From: Octopus sinensis | Lineage: Eukaryota | Length of the DNA stretch: 20,320 bases | Assembly (NCBI RefSeq): GCF_006345805.1 | Contig: NW_021823929.1 | Coordinates: 1-20,320 of the forward strand | Direction: 5' to 3' | Part shown: positions 19,935 to 20,320 of the stretch, piece after piece | How positions within the stretch are numbered: the stretch's first letter is position 1 | How the letters are laid out: every line of letters starts with the position of its first letter | Made by a program: the position numbers and the translations under genes | The notes under the pieces: generated by a model | Seen by the model: only the letters and a program-made list of their open reading frames with translations | Database searches by the model: none | Told to the model about the DNA's origin: nothing

Positions 19935-20320
<386 letters not shown>

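Overview
AT-rich eukaryotic, repeat-dominated DNA, most likely intronic or intergenic, with no complete protein-coding gene. The SINE families and dense microsatellites look, from recall and not a database search, like those of an octopus (coleoid cephalopod) genome. Main contents: (1) a pile-up of non-LTR retrotransposon remnants inside one (AAT)n tract (3178-6690), including two distinct decayed R4/Dong-like copies with zinc-knuckle and restriction-like endonuclease motifs; (2) a Tx1/L1-like ORF2 fragment joined to a (CTAT)n tract at the right edge; (3) about a dozen tRNA-derived SINEs of several families, two with clean 12-bp TSDs and one amplified into a 4-unit tandem array; (4) non-autonomous DNA elements: a TIR MITE, a ~320-bp foldback, and a TIR element with a Helitron and a SINE nested inside; (5) a 1.5-kb polypyrimidine tract and minisatellites; (6) a well-formed candidate 36-nt + strand exon at 1705-1740. 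Almost all ORFs in the supplied track are microsatellite or repeat artefacts. I found no convincing new multi-gene system. The most interesting signals concern transposon targeting, nesting, a possible SINE-LINE pairing and the candidate small exon.
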